Shown: positions 24,450 to 35,900 of the stretch, piece after piece
Numbering within the stretch: the first letter of the stretch is position 1
Layout of the letters: each line of letters begins with the position of its first letter
Assembly (NCBI GenBank): GCA_025594325.1
Contig: JANHCV010000004.1
Location: 2,449,225 to 2,513,224, forward strand
Length of the DNA stretch: 64,000 bases
Source: Blastocladiella emersonii ATCC 22665
Lineage: Eukaryota > Fungi > Blastocladiomycota
Direction of reading: 5' to 3'
Translations under genes and position numbers: made by a program
The notes under the pieces: generated by a model
What the model saw: only the letters and a program-made list of their open reading frames with translations
Database searches by the model: none
Told to the model about the DNA's origin: nothing

Positions 24450-25131
24450 GGCGCCGAGCGCTGCGTGAGCGCCGCCGCCGTCGCAGTGGTACGCTGCGTG
24501 TGGGTCCTCGGCCGCCGCCACCACCACCTAACCTCTGCGTCCTGCCTCTAGTGCAACGGCTGCGCACTCGCCGCCCGCCCGTCTGGCTGTTTGATTTCAT
24601 TACATTTGTCTTCCTCGTCTCTACCCCACCCTGCTGCCCCTCCACCTCGTCGCGTGCCGGTCGCCCTGTCCCATCCCCCCACCCTCTCCCTCTCGCCGGC
24701 CGTCCCTGGAAATATGACACCGAATCTGCACCTAGCACACCGATTGACGCTTTCCTGGGTGTGCGCCGTCCTGCTCCCGCTCCGGAGCCTCTCTCTCGAT
24801 CGACATGGACATTGGTCGCGACCTCCCCCCTCCCCTACTCTGCTTTTCCCCTCCATCACCGTCGAAATGGGATCCCTAGTGTCGTCCGCTCGTTGCCTCC
24901 TCGCGCGCTCAGGATCACCGAGGACCGAAAATTCACACGAGGCGAGGGAAAGTGAGATGAGGGGCAGCCGGCCAGCAAGGCCGACGTCACTGCGGCGCGG
25001 AACCGTCGCGTCGCGTCGCGTCCAGCAAAATTTCCGAACTTTCCGAGCGTCTCCCGCCGTATGAAAGCGGATCGCGGCCCCCCTCTCCGTCCTCGCTCTC
25101 CGCCACCTCGCAGCCTTGCACACTTGTAACC

Positions 25132-26399
25132 ATGTCATCGACGCCCAAGGACCCGCCGGCCTCGCTCACCTTCCCCGCGCCGCCGCCGCCGCGCATCGCC
25201 ATGCCCGCGCAGAGCATGAAACTCGAGAGCGAGCTCAACCCGCCCGACGTGTCCGACTCGCTGCACCTCGAGGAGCTCGACAAGAACCTGTACCGCGTCG
25301 CGCCCGCCGCGCTCTGGCGGCCCGTCGGCGCGCGCGGCGTGTTTGGTGGGCAAATCATTGGTTTAGCGCTTGTCGCAGCTACGAACACGGTCCCGGCGCC
25401 GTTCAAGGTGCACTCGCTGCACAGCTACTTCCTGCTCGGCGGCGACAACACGCGCGCCATCGTGTTCCACGTCACGCCGATGCGCGACTCGCGCTCGTTC
25501 GTCACGCGCCAGGTCACGGCCCAGCAGAACGGCCGGCCCATCTTCATCATGGTGTGCAGCTTCATGCGCCGCGAGGCGTCGCCGCTCGAGCACCAGTACA
25601 CGATGCCGCCCGCGCCCGCCCCCGAGTCGCTGCCGTCGCGCGAGGAGATGCTCGCCGGCTGGCTCTCCAAGACCCCGGCAAAGTACCACGAGGCCATCAA
25701 GGAGCGGCTCGAGGAGGTCCGTTCTCTCTCGCGCGATTACATCGCTCGGATCCGACCTTGCTAACGTTGGTGAACCGCATGCGTAGCCGATCCCCATCGA
25801 CATGCGGCCGTGCGACACGCCGAGCCCGACGGACCTCGTGTACCCGGCGAGCAAGGAGCCGCGCCAGCTCGTGTGGATGAAGTCCAAGACCAAGCTGCCG
25901 GCCGACCCGGCCTTCCACATGTGCGTCGCCGCCTACTGCTCGGACCACCAGCTGCTCTGGACCACGGTGCGCCCGCATGGCGTGACCGTTGCGTACGTTC
26001 TCGCTACCTGCCTTCCCCCTCGACCGACCACACGCGCTAACGTGGGCGAACGCGTGTAGCACGAACCCGCAGCTCGGCATGGTCGTGTCGCTCGACCACT
26101 CGATGTGGTTCCACACCGACTTCCGCGCCGACGAGTGGCTCCTGTACGAGATGGAGAGCCCGCGCACGGGCGGCGCGCGCGGCGTGGCGCTGGGCCGGCT
26201 GTGGACGCGCGACGGCACGCTCGCCGTGACGTGCGCGCAGGAGGGCCTGCTGCGCGCCACGGTCGACCCCGAGAAGCCCATCACGGGCGGGCTCGGGTAC
26301 CGCCGCGTCAAGGACCTGCAGCGCACGCTCCTCGACCGCGACCAGAAGAAGCAGCGCGACATGGAGAACGAGCAGGGCGAGCTCAAGGCCAAGCTGTGA
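25132..26399 (+). CDS. TES1: Acyl-CoA thioesterase II (TesB/ACOT8/TES1), 2 introns
   Basis: GVFGGQIIG, VHSLHSYFL, RDSRSFVTRQV, AAYCSDH, VSLDHSMWFH, WLLYEMESP, LAVTCAQEGLLR. Confidence 0.93.
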
Positions 26400-26497
26400 G
26401 CTGACTGACCGTTGCGGACGGGATGGAAGGTGGAAGGGAACGGGATATACTAGCTGACTGACACTGATGCTCGCGAAGTACACTGCGAGTCGTGCGG

Positions 26498-26774
26498 CTA
26501 CTCGCCGAGCACAAACTTGCGGTCGAGGTGCTGGAACAGGGCGAGGCACGCGACGTAGCCGCCGAGGAACCCGACGCCCACGAACGTGGCGTGCCGGCCG
26601 CCGATGGGCGCTGGCTACACGCACAGGCGTGAGGATGAGCATCCAGCCGGCGGCTGCGATCGTCCGGCAGTCAGCGCGTACGCGGTAGTAGCGCTGGGCA
26701 AAGTTGAAGGCAGCGTAGCCGCCGCCCACGCCGGCGCCGAGCGAGAGCGCGTTCACAATGCGGTTGACGCCCAT
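26498..26774 (-). CDS. Small (69 aa) two-TM membrane protein; intron 26615-26681
   Basis: Splicing a 67-bp GTACGC...GTAG intron gives MGVNRIVNALSLGAGVGGGYAAFNFAQRYYRPAPIGGRHATFVGVGFLGGYVACLALFQHLDRKFVLGE*, with strong host codon bias. Confidence 0.75.
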
Positions 26775-26941
26775 GGCTAGTTGTTGGTTGATTCGTTGCA
26801 GAGTAGTGTTTGTTGATGGTTCGAGAGAGCGAGGGTCGGCAGCGGGTGACGCGCTCCAGAAGACCTTGGATTGGCGCTGCTGCCTCAGCCTCAACTCGTC
26901 CCTTCCCTCTCTCCTCCAACGATGAGTAAGCAAATGAATCC

Positions 26942-28411
26942 ATGACCACGATGAACGCTGCCAGTCCCGATGAATCAACTGTCGCGCTGTGCGACGAGCT
27001 GCAGACCGAGGAGATGGTCGCGCTCGACGCCATCTTCCCCGACGGGTTCCAGTGGACCCCTGCACCGGCGCCGCTCGCGCGCCGTGGATTCCTCGCCGTG
27101 GATGTCGTTTTACCTTCCAGCGATCTGGCGGTTGAGGTTGACCAGCCGGTCGCCAAGAACCTGTTGTCCTCGGCCACGGTGCAGTCGCTCCCGCCCGCGA
27201 CCGTCGACTTTGCGCTCCCGCTCGACTACCCGGCCGATTCGCCCGCACGCGTCTCGGTTCGGTGCTCTTGGCTTCCCGAAGCGGCTCTCGCATCGCTGTC
27301 CGAGGCCGCGACCGATGCTGCGAGCGCCGCCGGCTCGGACGTTGCGCTGTTCGAGGTGCACGCCGCCGTCGCTGCTGCCCTCGAGACCTTCCTCGCTGCT
27401 GCGTCCCCGCTCCGCGTGGCGCCCGGCGCGCTCGAAACCATCGTGCACCACGACCAGAACGTCCGCCGCGCCGCGTTCCGATCGCAGCAGTACACGTGCC
27501 TCATCTGCTTGTACCCGCGGTTCGGCAAGGATGCCGTCGCGCTTCCTGGTTGCGGGCACCTCTTCTGTCGCGCCTGTCTCCACGACTTCTTTGTCGTCCT
27601 CGTCGACAACGGCATGCCGCACCAGGTGCGATGCCCGCACCCCGACTGCGCGCCAAGTGCCCGCGGAGCAGCGGCTGCCGGAGCACCAGACGCGCAGGAA
27701 GCCGAACTGGACGCCGAGGCGCAGCTCGCGGCGCATCCCGTCACCGCAGCCTTCCTGACCGACCTGATCGGCGCCGCGCGCACGGCCAAGTGGACCGAGC
27801 AGTTCCTCAACCGCGCGTACGCGAGCGACCCGTCAATGCTGTGGTGCGCGCGCGTCACGTGCGGCGGCCCCGCGCGGCGCGCGACCGACGGCGTGTACAC
27901 GCGGCTGGCGACGTGCCTGCACTGCAAGTACGCCTTCTGCGCGCACTGCAACCGCGGGTGGCACGGCAACGCGCAGGGGTGCGCGGTGCGCGACCAGCAG
28001 GGCGCCCTCAAGGCGTACCTCGACGCACGCGCGGACCCGGACCCCGCGCACCGCGAGAAGCGCGTGCTCGAGCTCCTGCTCCGGTACGGCCGCGCCACGC
28101 TCGACCGGCTGCTCCAGGCGTATGAGGACGAGCAGGCGACGCTCGCGTGGGTCCGCGACAACGCTGCCGTGTGCCCGCGCTGTGCGACTCCCGTTATCAA
28201 GTCGGACGGGTGCAACCACATGAGCTGCGCGACGTGCGGCGCCCACTTTTGTTACATCTGCGGCACCGGGCTCGACGGGCTGGCCAACAAGTACGACCAC
28301 TTCACCAAGGTCGGGTCGTCGTGCCGCGGGAAGCTGTTCGAGGGCCTCGTCATAGACGAGGAGGCCAACGAGCTCGCCGCCGTGCAGATTGCGTTTGGCG
28401 AGGACTGGTAG
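26942..28411 (+). CDS. ITT1: RWD-domain RBR E3 ubiquitin ligase (RNF14/Itt1)
   Basis: N-terminal RWD (EEMVALDAIF...LPLDYP); RING1 CLIC...CGHLFCRAC...CPHPDC; IBR; RING2 CPRC..IKSDGCNHMSC..CGAHFCYIC; GKLFEG. Confidence 0.92.
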   Translation: MTTMNAASPDESTVALCDELQTEEMVALDAIFPDGFQWTPAPAPLARRGFLAVDVVLPSSDLAVEVDQPVAKNLLSSATVQSLPPATVDFALPLDYPADSPARVSVRCSWLPEAALASLSEAATDAASAAGSDVALFEVHAAVAAALETFLAAASPLRVAPGALETIVHHDQNVRRAAFRSQQYTCLICLYPRFGKDAVALPGCGHLFCRACLHDFFVVLVDNGMPHQVRCPHPDCAPSARGAAAAGAPDAQEAELDAEAQLAAHPVTAAFLTDLIGAARTAKWTEQFLNRAYASDPSMLWCARVTCGGPARRATDGVYTRLATCLHCKYAFCAHCNRGWHGNAQGCAVRDQQGALKAYLDARADPDPAHREKRVLELLLRYGRATLDRLLQAYEDEQATLAWVRDNAAVCPRCATPVIKSDGCNHMSCATCGAHFCYICGTGLDGLANKYDHFTKVGSSCRGKLFEGLVIDEEANELAAVQIAFGEDW

Positions 28412-28559
28412 CGAGCGGCCCGTCATCTGTATATAAGACAACTGTTCTGCGATACGCTTACTGTGCCACGACCAGGTGTTCGGGCGGAGGGATGGCAGGA
28501 ACGAAGAGGATGGGAGGTGGTCGAGCATCGCGCTAGCAAACTTTCATGTATAGACCACG

Positions 28560-30319
28560 CTATGCAGCGGCCGAGGCCACGAGGAACAAGTTGGTAAAGT
28601 ATCGGCCAGACGGCGCGTCGACGGCGAGCCGGCCCGCGCGAGCCGCGTGCGCGAGCAGCTGGCGCGCGAGGGCCACGGAGACCGCAGGTCCGAGCTTAGC
28701 CGCGACCGCGACGGCGTCGAGTCCGTCCCGTGGCACCTCCTTGGCCCACGCCTCGAGCTCGGCGAACAAGCCGGTGTCCGCGTACCGCGGCGTGTGCACG
28801 ATGCGCGCGCCGCTGTCGAGCTCGCGTGCCGTGTACGGCAGGCCGAGCGGGGCGAGCTGGCCCGCGGCGTGCCACAGGTCGGACGGCGACACGAGCGCGA
28901 CGCCGCGCGCGCGGTTGAACATGCAGTACAGGTCGGTCAGCGCCAGGATCCCGCCCTGCGACCCCGACGCAGGCAGGACGTGCGCGAGGAAGTCGGCCAG
29001 GTCGCGCGCCAGCGCACGGTCGCGGTCGTCGCCCCGCACCTTGGCGCCCAGCGCGCCTGACTCGGTGCCGAGCGAAGCGGTGGCGCCCAGGGAGAGCATC
29101 GCGGACCGGAACTCGGCGACCAGCGCGTCGTTGTCGTCGTCGACGGCGGACAGGTCGCGCGACTGCTTGAGCTTGCTCGCGATGGTCGTCGAGAGCGAGA
29201 CCTACGCGCGGATTGTGCGGGTCGAGTGAGAGGGTGCTACTACATGGCAGTGATGGAGTGATGGAGCAAGCGTACCATCTCCTGTGCTTTGGCCATGAGC
29301 GCGTCCAGGTCGGCAAACGCTGTACTCAGCGCCTCGCGCTGCGACGACTGCGACTGCTCCTGGTGCGCGACGATCCCGCTCAGACCTACTTGTCGGAGTT
29401 AGCCGCGCTTCTCCGCATCTGAGACTGATCGACGCACCAAGCGGCTTTGGTGCAGGTGGTGCGGAAGCGGGAGCAGCGACGGGCGCGACTGCTCCAGGCG
29501 ACGGTGATCTCGGCGGCGGTGCGACTTCCCACGCCCGCGCGCGGAGCGCCGTGACCAGCGCCTGGTAAAAGGCCTGCGACCCGCCCTGGCGAAACGACAG
29601 CTTGACGACGGCGCGCTGCGTTTCGCCCGTGAGCGCGAGTCCGCACGCGGCGCACGCGCGCGCCGACGGAGTATTGGCGAGCGTGCATCGCGGACACACG
29701 GACGAAACCGCAGTTGTTACAGGGGCGAGCGGGGACTGGCACATGGCGCACGCGGTGGACGAGGGCGGGTTCGCGAACGTGCACGCGGGACACGCGCGGG
29801 CGGCCTGGCGTGCGTTGCCGCAGTCGGCACAGGCGGACCTCGTCATGTCGGAGGGCGCGACGTGGACGCGCTGGCACACGTGGCAGGTCCACGGCGCAGG
29901 TTTCGCGGAGGATGGCGGGCGCGCGGCAGCGGCAGCCGAGGCGGGGAGCGGGTCGGCCCACGCTAGGTCGAGCGTGATCTTGGGCGAGGAGCGGAGGAAG
30001 CCGGGCTACGTCCGCCTCGAGTCAGCACAAGTCCTGCATCGTGCGCGCGCAGTCAGCGTACCGCGAGCGTCGCGTTGGCAACATCAGCGAGCGCCAGCGC
30101 GATGGCAAGTGGCGGTTGGCCAGGCGATGGTGACTTGACGGCGCTGACGAAGAGCAGGCGGCGCGAAGTGAGGTGGGCGGCGCCGTCCTCGTGCGAGCCG
30201 GGCAGGCGCGTCTGGCCGTCGTACAGCCCGACGCGCGTCTGCACGCGGTGCAGGATCTCGTCGGCGGCGAGGGTCGGGCGGCCCGCGGGCGTCAGCGTGC
30301 ATGGAGTCCAGCGGTTCAT
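28560..30319 (-). CDS. VPS36: ESCRT-II subunit Vps36 (split GLUE domain, NZF fingers, winged-helix C-terminus), several introns
   Basis: VGLYDG...HLTSRRLLF; C..C zinc fingers (CPACTFANP, CPRCTLAN); KLSFRQGGSQAFYQAL; GGILALTDLYCMFNRARGVALVSPSDL. Confidence 0.92.
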
Positions 30320-30504
30320 GGTGCTTTCATTGAGGGTAGTTCGACGCTCGATGCGAGAGCAGAAGCGCGTCGCGTCGTGTCTTCGACTTCTGCGCCACAA
30401 CCGCCACCACGCCCGCTCACGCCGCTCATCCATGGACGACAACAGAACGAATGGATCAGAGTACAGGATGAATCTCGGCACGATCCACAGCACAGACAAC
30501 CGGC

Positions 30505-30580
30505 TTACGGGGTGCGCGCGTGCGGCGGGGTCCACGGGACCCTGATGGAGCGGAACTCGCGCTGCGGCGGGAGCTGCTGC

Positions 30581-30615
<35 letters not shown>

Positions 30616-31629
30616 GCCTTGGGGAGGGGTCCAGTCGACGTGCACGGCGCGGTGCTCGTGGGTGCCGTGGCGGCGAGCGTGCTCGCGGTAGTACTGCTCG
30701 AGCGTGTCGGACGAGGGCACCTCGAGGTAGTCGGCGAGGAACTTGAGCGGAGCGGGGCCGAGCTGGTCGCGCATGCGGCTGGCCATGGCAAGCTCCGCCT
30801 CGGAGAAGTAGGTGCCGTAGGCGCCCGGGTACTGCAGGCGGCGGCCGGTGCGCGCCGCGCACGCCGTGGCGACGGCCTGGTACAGCCACGTGGTCGGGTC
30901 GAGGTCGCCGTCGGCCACGGCCGCGAGCAGCAGCAGCGGCAGGTTGCGGTGGATGTGCGGCGGGTACTGGGCGTACAGCGCGCGCGACAGAACCACGAGC
31001 CATGTCTCGGTCTGGGTCAGCGGCAGCGGGCCGAGCGGGTTGGCGGCGGTCGGGGCCGACGCGATGGGCGCGGTCGGGTCGAAGGCGGCGACGCCGACCT
31101 GGGTGAGGCGGTCGAGGGCGGCGCGCACGTCGGCGGCGACGGGGTAGTTGGTGCGGAACAGGTTGGCGAGGGCCGGGTCGCGGGCGAGCAGCGCCGTGAG
31201 CGCGGCGGGCGTGGCGAGCCACTGCGTGTAGGCGCGGTGGATGGGCGCGCGGTCGGCGGCGGGGCGCGTGTAGAAGCGGTTGACCGTGGCGCGCACCATG
31301 CCGAGGACGGCGAGCGCCGGGTCGCGGCCGGCCGCGTCGAGCAGGCGCGTGGCGAACGCCTCGGGGTCGTTGGCGCCCGCGGCGAAGGCGAGGGCCTCGA
31401 CGGCGTCGCCGGGCTCGAGAAGGTACGGCACCAGCGGGAGCACGCCGGGAGCCGCGGCGCCGGGCCCGTCGCTCCGCTTGCAGATGTGGATGCCGAGCGA
31501 GTCGAAGGCGCCGTTGGGCAGCACGTCGTAGGATGGCAGCGGCTGCTGTTGCTGTTGCAGCTGCGGCTGCTGCTGCGCCGGTGCAGGGCGGTTCGAGGGC
31601 GTGGCCGGCTGCAGTACGGGCGGATCCAT
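30505..31629 (-). CDS. Hypothetical protein with poly-Q tracts
   Basis: Long intronless ORF (MDPPVLQP... from 31629) with strong host codon bias; no recognised domain. Confidence 0.65.
30582..30614. repeat. (GCT)11 trinucleotide repeat encoding poly-Gln
   Basis: Perfect CTG/CAG run of 33 bp. Confidence 0.95.
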
Positions 31630-32090
31630 GGTGATGCGGAGCGTGATTCGGTGCGCCCGTGGTGGAACGAGGGGGGGGGGGGCGGGGAGAGCGGCGGCGG
31701 ACAGCGGGATCGTGGGACTCGCTTTGTACCGGCGGGCGCGCGGGTGATGCGGACGAGACGAAGGACACCGGCTCGAAAGGCGAGGGACGGGCGACGCGGC
31801 GACCAACGCGACGCGCAGCGGCAGGAACCCAAACGACGCGTTCAGCCCGCACGCGTGACTGCCGGTGACATCATCCCATGCGCCGGCCTGCCCGCGTGAG
31901 CGGTGAGCAACGCGTTTCCGTTTTCACGTCGGCATGCTCGGGATTCCTTCCGAGCTCTCTCTCTCTACGCAACCCGCTCCGTGACTGGGACATCGCCGAC
32001 CGCCACACCCTACCATGTATGCTATGCCACTGCCCATGCACACACCACGATACGATCGGACCCACGAGCTGACGCCGCTCCCGCGCTAGC

Positions 32091-34040
32091 ATGTCCCCGA
32101 TCCTGCTCGCCGCCGCCGCCCGCACGGCCGCGCGCCGCTCCCTCGCCCGGAGCGCCGCCGTGCGCGCCACCCTCGCCACCGCGGCTGCCCAGGCCCCCAA
32201 GTTCGTGCCCGGCCAGATGCTCGCGCGCCAGGCCGAGGTCCCGCGCCTGCCCATCCCCTCGCTCGAGTCGTCCGCCGCCGTCTACCTCGCCTCGGTCCGC
32301 CCGCTGCTCGACGACGCCGCCTACGCTGCCACCGAGGCCAACGTGCGCGCCTTCCTCGCCCCCGGCGGCCAGGGCGAGCTGCTGCAGGCCCGCCTCCGCG
32401 ACTACGACGCCGCCCAGCCCAACAGCTGGCTCGAGGACTTCTGGCTCAAATACGCCTACCTCGTGTGGCGCTGCCCGACCGTCCTCAACGTCAACTGGTG
32501 GTGCCAGTTTGTCGACCCCTCCACCGTCCCGAACCTCAAGGTCCTCGACGCCGTCCCGCCCAAGGGCACCTTCACCGACGTGCAGCTCACCCGCGCCGCC
32601 GGCATCGTCGCCGGCATGCTCGACGCCAACGCCGTCATCCAGGCCGGCGCCCTCCCCGTCGACACCATCAAGGGCAAGCCGCTCTGCATGAACCAGTACA
32701 CCAAGCTGTTCGGCGGCAACCGCTTCCCCGTCGAGGGCTGCGACGAGATCGTGACCCCCTACCCGTCCCACTCCCGCCACATTGTCGTCCTCGTGCGCGA
32801 CCAGGTCGTGCGCCTCGACGTCCTCGGCCCCAAGGGCGAGCGGCCCTCCGTCTCGGCCATCCGCGCCGCCCTCGCCAAGGCCGTCGAGACCGCCACCGCC
32901 TCCTCGGCCAAGCAGCAGCCGCCCATCGGCGTCCTCACCTCCGAGGACCGCGACCGCTGGGCCGTCGCCCGCAAGAAGCTCGAGGCCGCCTCGCCCACCA
33001 ACCGCGCCACCTTCGACGTCATCGACTCGGCCCTCTTCGCCGTGGCCCTCGACGACGTGTCCTACGGCGTGACCCCCGAGGAGACCCACCACCAGATCTT
33101 CCACAACCACGGCCGCAACCGTTGGTTCGACAAGCCCCTCGTCCTGTGCGTCACCAACACGGGCCGCGCCGGCGTCAGCGGCGAGCACTCGCCCTCGGAC
33201 GCCGTCGTCCCCGGCGCCGTCTTCAACGCCGTGCTCGCACAGGAGGCCGCCCTGCACGCCAACCGCGACCACTCGCCGTCCAAGACCCCGTTCACGCTGC
33301 CCGCCCCGGCTCTTCTCACCTGGGACCTGCCCGCCGGCTTTGACGCCACCCTGCGCGCCGCCGAGGAGCACGTCCTCGCCAACGTCGGCGCTGTCCAGTC
33401 GGCGCTCCTGCACGAGAACTCGTCGGGCGGCAGCGACTGGATCAAGGCGTCGGCCAAGTCGTCGCCCGACTCGTACGCCCAGATGGCGCTACAGCTCGCC
33501 TACTTCCGCGACCGCGGCCACGTCCCCGCCACCTACGAGAGCGCCTCGACTCGCGGCTACCTCCACGGCCGCACCGAGTGCGTGCGCAGCCAGTCTGTCG
33601 CCTCGCGCGACTTTGTCGCCGCCTTCGACCGCGCGGCCACCTCGGACGCCGAGCGCGTCGCGCTCCTCCGCGCCGCCACCGCCACCCACACGCAGACCAT
33701 GCGCCAGGCCTCGGCCGGCCTCGGGTGCGACCGCCACTGGCTCGGCCTCAAGCTCATGCTGCGCGACGGCGAGCCCGTCCCCGCCATGATGGCCGACCCG
33801 GCGTTTGCGCACTCGCAGACCTTCCGCCTCTCCACGTCCAACATGACGCCCGGCAAGTACATCTACGGCGGGTTCGGCGCCGTGGCCGCCGACGGGTACG
33901 GCGTCAACTACGCCGTCGACCCCGACTCGTTCAAGTTCTCGGTCAGCGCGTGGTCCGGCGCCGGCACCGACGCGCGCCGCATGCGCGACACGCTCAAGGC
34001 CACGCTCGCGGACCTGTACCCCGTCGTCAACCGGGCGTAG
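32091..34040 (+). CDS. CAT2: Carnitine O-acetyltransferase, mitochondrial-type
   Basis: Mitochondrial-like presequence; LPIPSLE, WLEDFW, LCMNQY, NRWFDK, GEHSPSDA (catalytic His), SPDSYAQMALQLAY, TYESASTR.Y.HGRTE, LSTSN, GFGAV..DGYGVNY. Confidence 0.95.
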   Translation: MSPILLAAAARTAARRSLARSAAVRATLATAAAQAPKFVPGQMLARQAEVPRLPIPSLESSAAVYLASVRPLLDDAAYAATEANVRAFLAPGGQGELLQARLRDYDAAQPNSWLEDFWLKYAYLVWRCPTVLNVNWWCQFVDPSTVPNLKVLDAVPPKGTFTDVQLTRAAGIVAGMLDANAVIQAGALPVDTIKGKPLCMNQYTKLFGGNRFPVEGCDEIVTPYPSHSRHIVVLVRDQVVRLDVLGPKGERPSVSAIRAALAKAVETATASSAKQQPPIGVLTSEDRDRWAVARKKLEAASPTNRATFDVIDSALFAVALDDVSYGVTPEETHHQIFHNHGRNRWFDKPLVLCVTNTGRAGVSGEHSPSDAVVPGAVFNAVLAQEAALHANRDHSPSKTPFTLPAPALLTWDLPAGFDATLRAAEEHVLANVGAVQSALLHENSSGGSDWIKASAKSSPDSYAQMALQLAYFRDRGHVPATYESASTRGYLHGRTECVRSQSVASRDFVAAFDRAATSDAERVALLRAATATHTQTMRQASAGLGCDRHWLGLKLMLRDGEPVPAMMADPAFAHSQTFRLSTSNMTPGKYIYGGFGAVAADGYGVNYAVDPDSFKFSVSAWSGAGTDARRMRDTLKATLADLYPVVNRA

Positions 34041-34222
34041 GTGGGGGGAACGAGGACGCGTGTCGCGTCAAATTTGATTCATATACACAATCGCAGTTTT
34101 GCAGCAACGACTACTTTCCTTGCACACTCGCGAGTTTCGGCGGCAGCCGCCCGACCCGCGACTTGAGCGGCGCGACGGACAGAAAGCGCGCCTCGGACTC
34201 GCACTCCCTCGCCGCCACCAAC

Positions 34223-35674
34223 TTAGAACAGTGGTGTGACGACGAGGCACATGGCCGCGACGCGCCAAAAGTGCAGGTCAGTTGTGGCCATCCCTGCCTG
34301 CGCTTTGGCAGCGGCCGAGAGGGTCGCTTCAATATCGTGCTTGGCGATTTCGAAGAGATCGGCAAGACCAGCTGCGCCTGAAGCGTCAAGTCGAGCGGTC
34401 GGGGTGCGGTGCTCAAACGAAGCGAAAACGCGAATGAAGCCCTCGGCGATGGCCGTCGACCAGCCGCGGCCAGCAATGGCCTGGGCGATGAGCGGTGCGA
34501 CGCGGACCATGGCCTCGCGACCCGCCGATTGGTACACCTTGGCGATCGCGACGAGGGCAGGAACCGAGATCGTAGGGAGCGAAGGATTGAAAGTGCTCGC
34601 CGAGGTGGAAGGCCGGCGGCACATGTCAGCAGTCGTGGCCGAACTTGTGTAGGGCGGCGGCAAGGCGGACGGCTGGATGTCGTCCGCGACTGCAACAAGG
34701 CGGGCGCGCTTTCGCTGTTTCTTGGTAAGTTTGCCGTCCTTGTCGAGGGGCCGTTTGGATCGAGGAAGGACAGCGACGAGAGCGACCTCGTTACCGTCCG
34801 ATGGCGAGGCATCAGCCGGCGGCGAAGTCGCTTGAGGAAGCTGCGTGGGAGCGGGCGAGGCACCACTTTGAGCAGTGGAAGCAGTCTTGGTCGTGGTCGT
34901 GGTCGCAGCCGTTGACTCGTGCAGGGAAGAAGTCGGAATAATCAACGGCTTACCGATTGACGAGGGAATCGTAAAGACACTCGCCAGCGAGGTTGAAGGC
35001 TGGCTCGAGGAAGCAGCCGTGTCCAAAGTCGCTGAAGCGGATGGCTGCTCGTCGGCAGCGATTGAGTCGACGGGTGGGATGTCACCTTCAAGAAGCCGAT
35101 TCAGCTGATACACGGGCGTTCCCGACTCGTCTGCAGAATCGAGCGTGATCGTGACCGGGACGGGGAAGAAATAGGAAGGCTCTTGTGTTGAGGGCAAGCC
35201 GAACCCGCGAGCGCCGGCGAGGCACTGCTCGAGGTACCACGTCGTGAACGCCTGGAGCCCGATCCTGATCGTCGATTCCACGACACGGGAGCGTTGGTCC
35301 GGTGGAGGACGAGGGTGGTCGAAGTCCGCAATGTCAAAGGGCTCGGCCGCAGCATCACACTTTCTGGCGACGGCGAGAGAGCCGCCGAGAGAATCGATGA
35401 AGCGACGTGCGCATTCCGAGTTCGAGCTGCAACGCCTCTTTGCCTGCTTGCTGTAATGATCCCGAAAGGTAACAAAATATTTCGCAAGATCCACTTGAAT
35501 ATCGCGGTCGAAGCGAAACACGGGGCACGTATTGAGCGGCACGATTCGGTTTTCAGCAAAGTAGCTCACGGCATCGACCCCAAGCGGAGCCGCAAAGACG
35601 CGGTTTCGGTCGTAGGCGGTGGCATTCGGGAACATTTGATTCATTGCGGGCTGTTGCATGGAGTGTGGCTGCAT
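34223..35674 (-). CDS. Unknown two-domain protein, tandem paralog 1 of 3
   Basis: Intronless ORF; WYLEQCLAGARGF and RGWS...F..VF...LADLFEIA...DLHFWRVAAMCLV shared with paralogs 2 and 3; basic NLS-like PRSKRP...KKQRKRAR. Confidence 0.75.
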   Translation of the reverse strand: MQPHSMQQPAMNQMFPNATAYDRNRVFAAPLGVDAVSYFAENRIVPLNTCPVFRFDRDIQVDLAKYFVTFRDHYSKQAKRRCSSNSECARRFIDSLGGSLAVARKCDAAAEPFDIADFDHPRPPPDQRSRVVESTIRIGLQAFTTWYLEQCLAGARGFGLPSTQEPSYFFPVPVTITLDSADESGTPVYQLNRLLEGDIPPVDSIAADEQPSASATLDTAASSSQPSTSLASVFTIPSSIGKPLIIPTSSLHESTAATTTTTKTASTAQSGASPAPTQLPQATSPPADASPSDGNEVALVAVLPRSKRPLDKDGKLTKKQRKRARLVAVADDIQPSALPPPYTSSATTADMCRRPSTSASTFNPSLPTISVPALVAIAKVYQSAGREAMVRVAPLIAQAIAGRGWSTAIAEGFIRVFASFEHRTPTARLDASGAAGLADLFEIAKHDIEATLSAAAKAQAGMATTDLHFWRVAAMCLVVTPLF

Positions 35675-35900
35675 GGAAGCGAAGTTCAGACATCGGTCGA
35701 GGAGAGAGCAGAGAGAGGGCGAGCGACTAGCGCGCCCTCGAACCAGGGGGGGGGGGGGGCTATGTCCCCCTGCTCGAACAGCGGCGCCCTTGGGAGTCGC
35801 GGTCACCTGAGCTCAGCATGACATGATCGGCGGTTCTTGACTTGTTTCGGCCTCTCATCCTGGCTCCCGAAGGAGGAAAAATGGGAGAATCGTGAATATA

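Noticed and set aside
35746-35759. Poly-G runs (here and at ~31671-31682)
   Set aside because: Simple homopolymers in 5' regions; length unreliable and no further structure.
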